Source of the DNA: Halodesulfurarchaeum sp.
GTDB lineage: Archaea; Halobacteriota; Halobacteria; Halobacteriales; Halobacteriaceae
Assembly (NCBI GenBank): GCA_034520565.1
Contig: JAXHNL010000002.1
Location: 960,001 to 1,024,000, forward strand
Reading direction: 5' to 3'
Length of the DNA: 64,000 bases
Under the pieces are notes generated by a model that was not told where the DNA came from, did no database searches, and was given only the letters and a program-made list of their open reading frames with translations. A program made the position numbers and the translations under genes. Positions 63,449 to 64,000 of this stretch are shown here, one piece after another; the first letter of the stretch is position 1; each line of letters begins with the position of its first letter.

Positions 63449-63999
63449 GGGTTTTCACCATCGGGTTCGTCCGCATCTCCGAAGATGAAGGGGGAATCGT
63501 TCCTGTTGTCACCTGTCGAATTCCTCCCGAGCCCGTCCAGATCCGGTCGGGATGGGGTGGACTTCCCCTCCAGAGCCGGACGTTCCCCGGTCTCGAGGAT
63601 CGACGTCCCGAAAAAGCCCGGGTTGGCATCGAGCGTGTGGAAACTCTCCCCGCAGGTCGGGCAGCGAGCCTCGCTGAGGAGGGCGACGTCGATTTTCGAT
63701 TTACAGCCCTCACATTTGGCCGTCCGCACCCCCCGCCCGGCAGCGGTCTCCTTGAGGTGGTCCGCACGAGCCCGCTGCTGCTCTCGCTCCGCCACGGTGT
63801 CCAGGGTCTGGCGCATGGATTTGAGCGCCCGACCGATCGTGTCGACGTCCGACTCGAGGTCGCTCGTGCGGTCCAGAAGGGTCTCGAGGATCTCCTCGAA
63901 GTTTTCGAACCCGCCCTCCAGCTGCGACTCGGTCCTGTCCAGCCGTTCCCGGGTCGCTTCGAGTTCCGATTCGAGTTCCTCGAGGGCGGTTTCGAGTGA
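63445..63999 (-). CDS. Coiled-coil + zinc-ribbon protein (5' end outside window)
   Basis: Open frame to the window edge; GFENFEEIL coiled coil, CEGC...CPTCG. Confidence 0.65.
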   Translation of the reverse strand, partial: SLETALEELESELEATRERLDRTESQLEGGFENFEEILETLLDRTSDLESDVDTIGRALKSMRQTLDTVAEREQQRARADHLKETAAGRGVRTAKCEGCKSKIDVALLSEARCPTCGESFHTLDANPGFFGTSILETGERPALEGKSTPSRPDLDGLGRNSTGDNRNDSPFIFGDADEPDGENP

Positions 64000-64000
64000 C

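Overview
High-GC haloarchaeal chromosomal segment with an acidic proteome and archaeal DnaG, CetZ, aIF5A, aIF1A and TFS; most long GC-rich ORFs in the track are shadows. Core content: a Tat-exported molybdoenzyme respiratory operon with DmsR-like regulator (3.5-10.7 kb); a cdc6-like/RadA-like/small protein/PolB2 cassette preceded by a perfect TTTCACTTTCA DNA-damage box (17.9-22.2 kb); transporters with USP proteins; katG; an aIF5A-agmatinase-DHS cluster; and a C/D-box guide RNA for tRNA-Met C34. Right after this sRNA lies an AT-richer ~9.7 kb island (~41.1-50.8 kb). It holds decayed Cdc6, T4SS-ATPase and DUF433 remnants, a HEPN-motif protein paired with a frameshifted membrane protein, and the most interesting locus: a CBASS-like operon (degenerate TGT-fold protein, SMODS/CD-NTase with Gly-led N-terminal tail, SLATT 2TM effector, small membrane protein; no QueC) divergent from an HFX_2341/DUF6293 regulator, with a palindromic operator candidate. 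Family calls come from motif recognition by eye; no searches were run.
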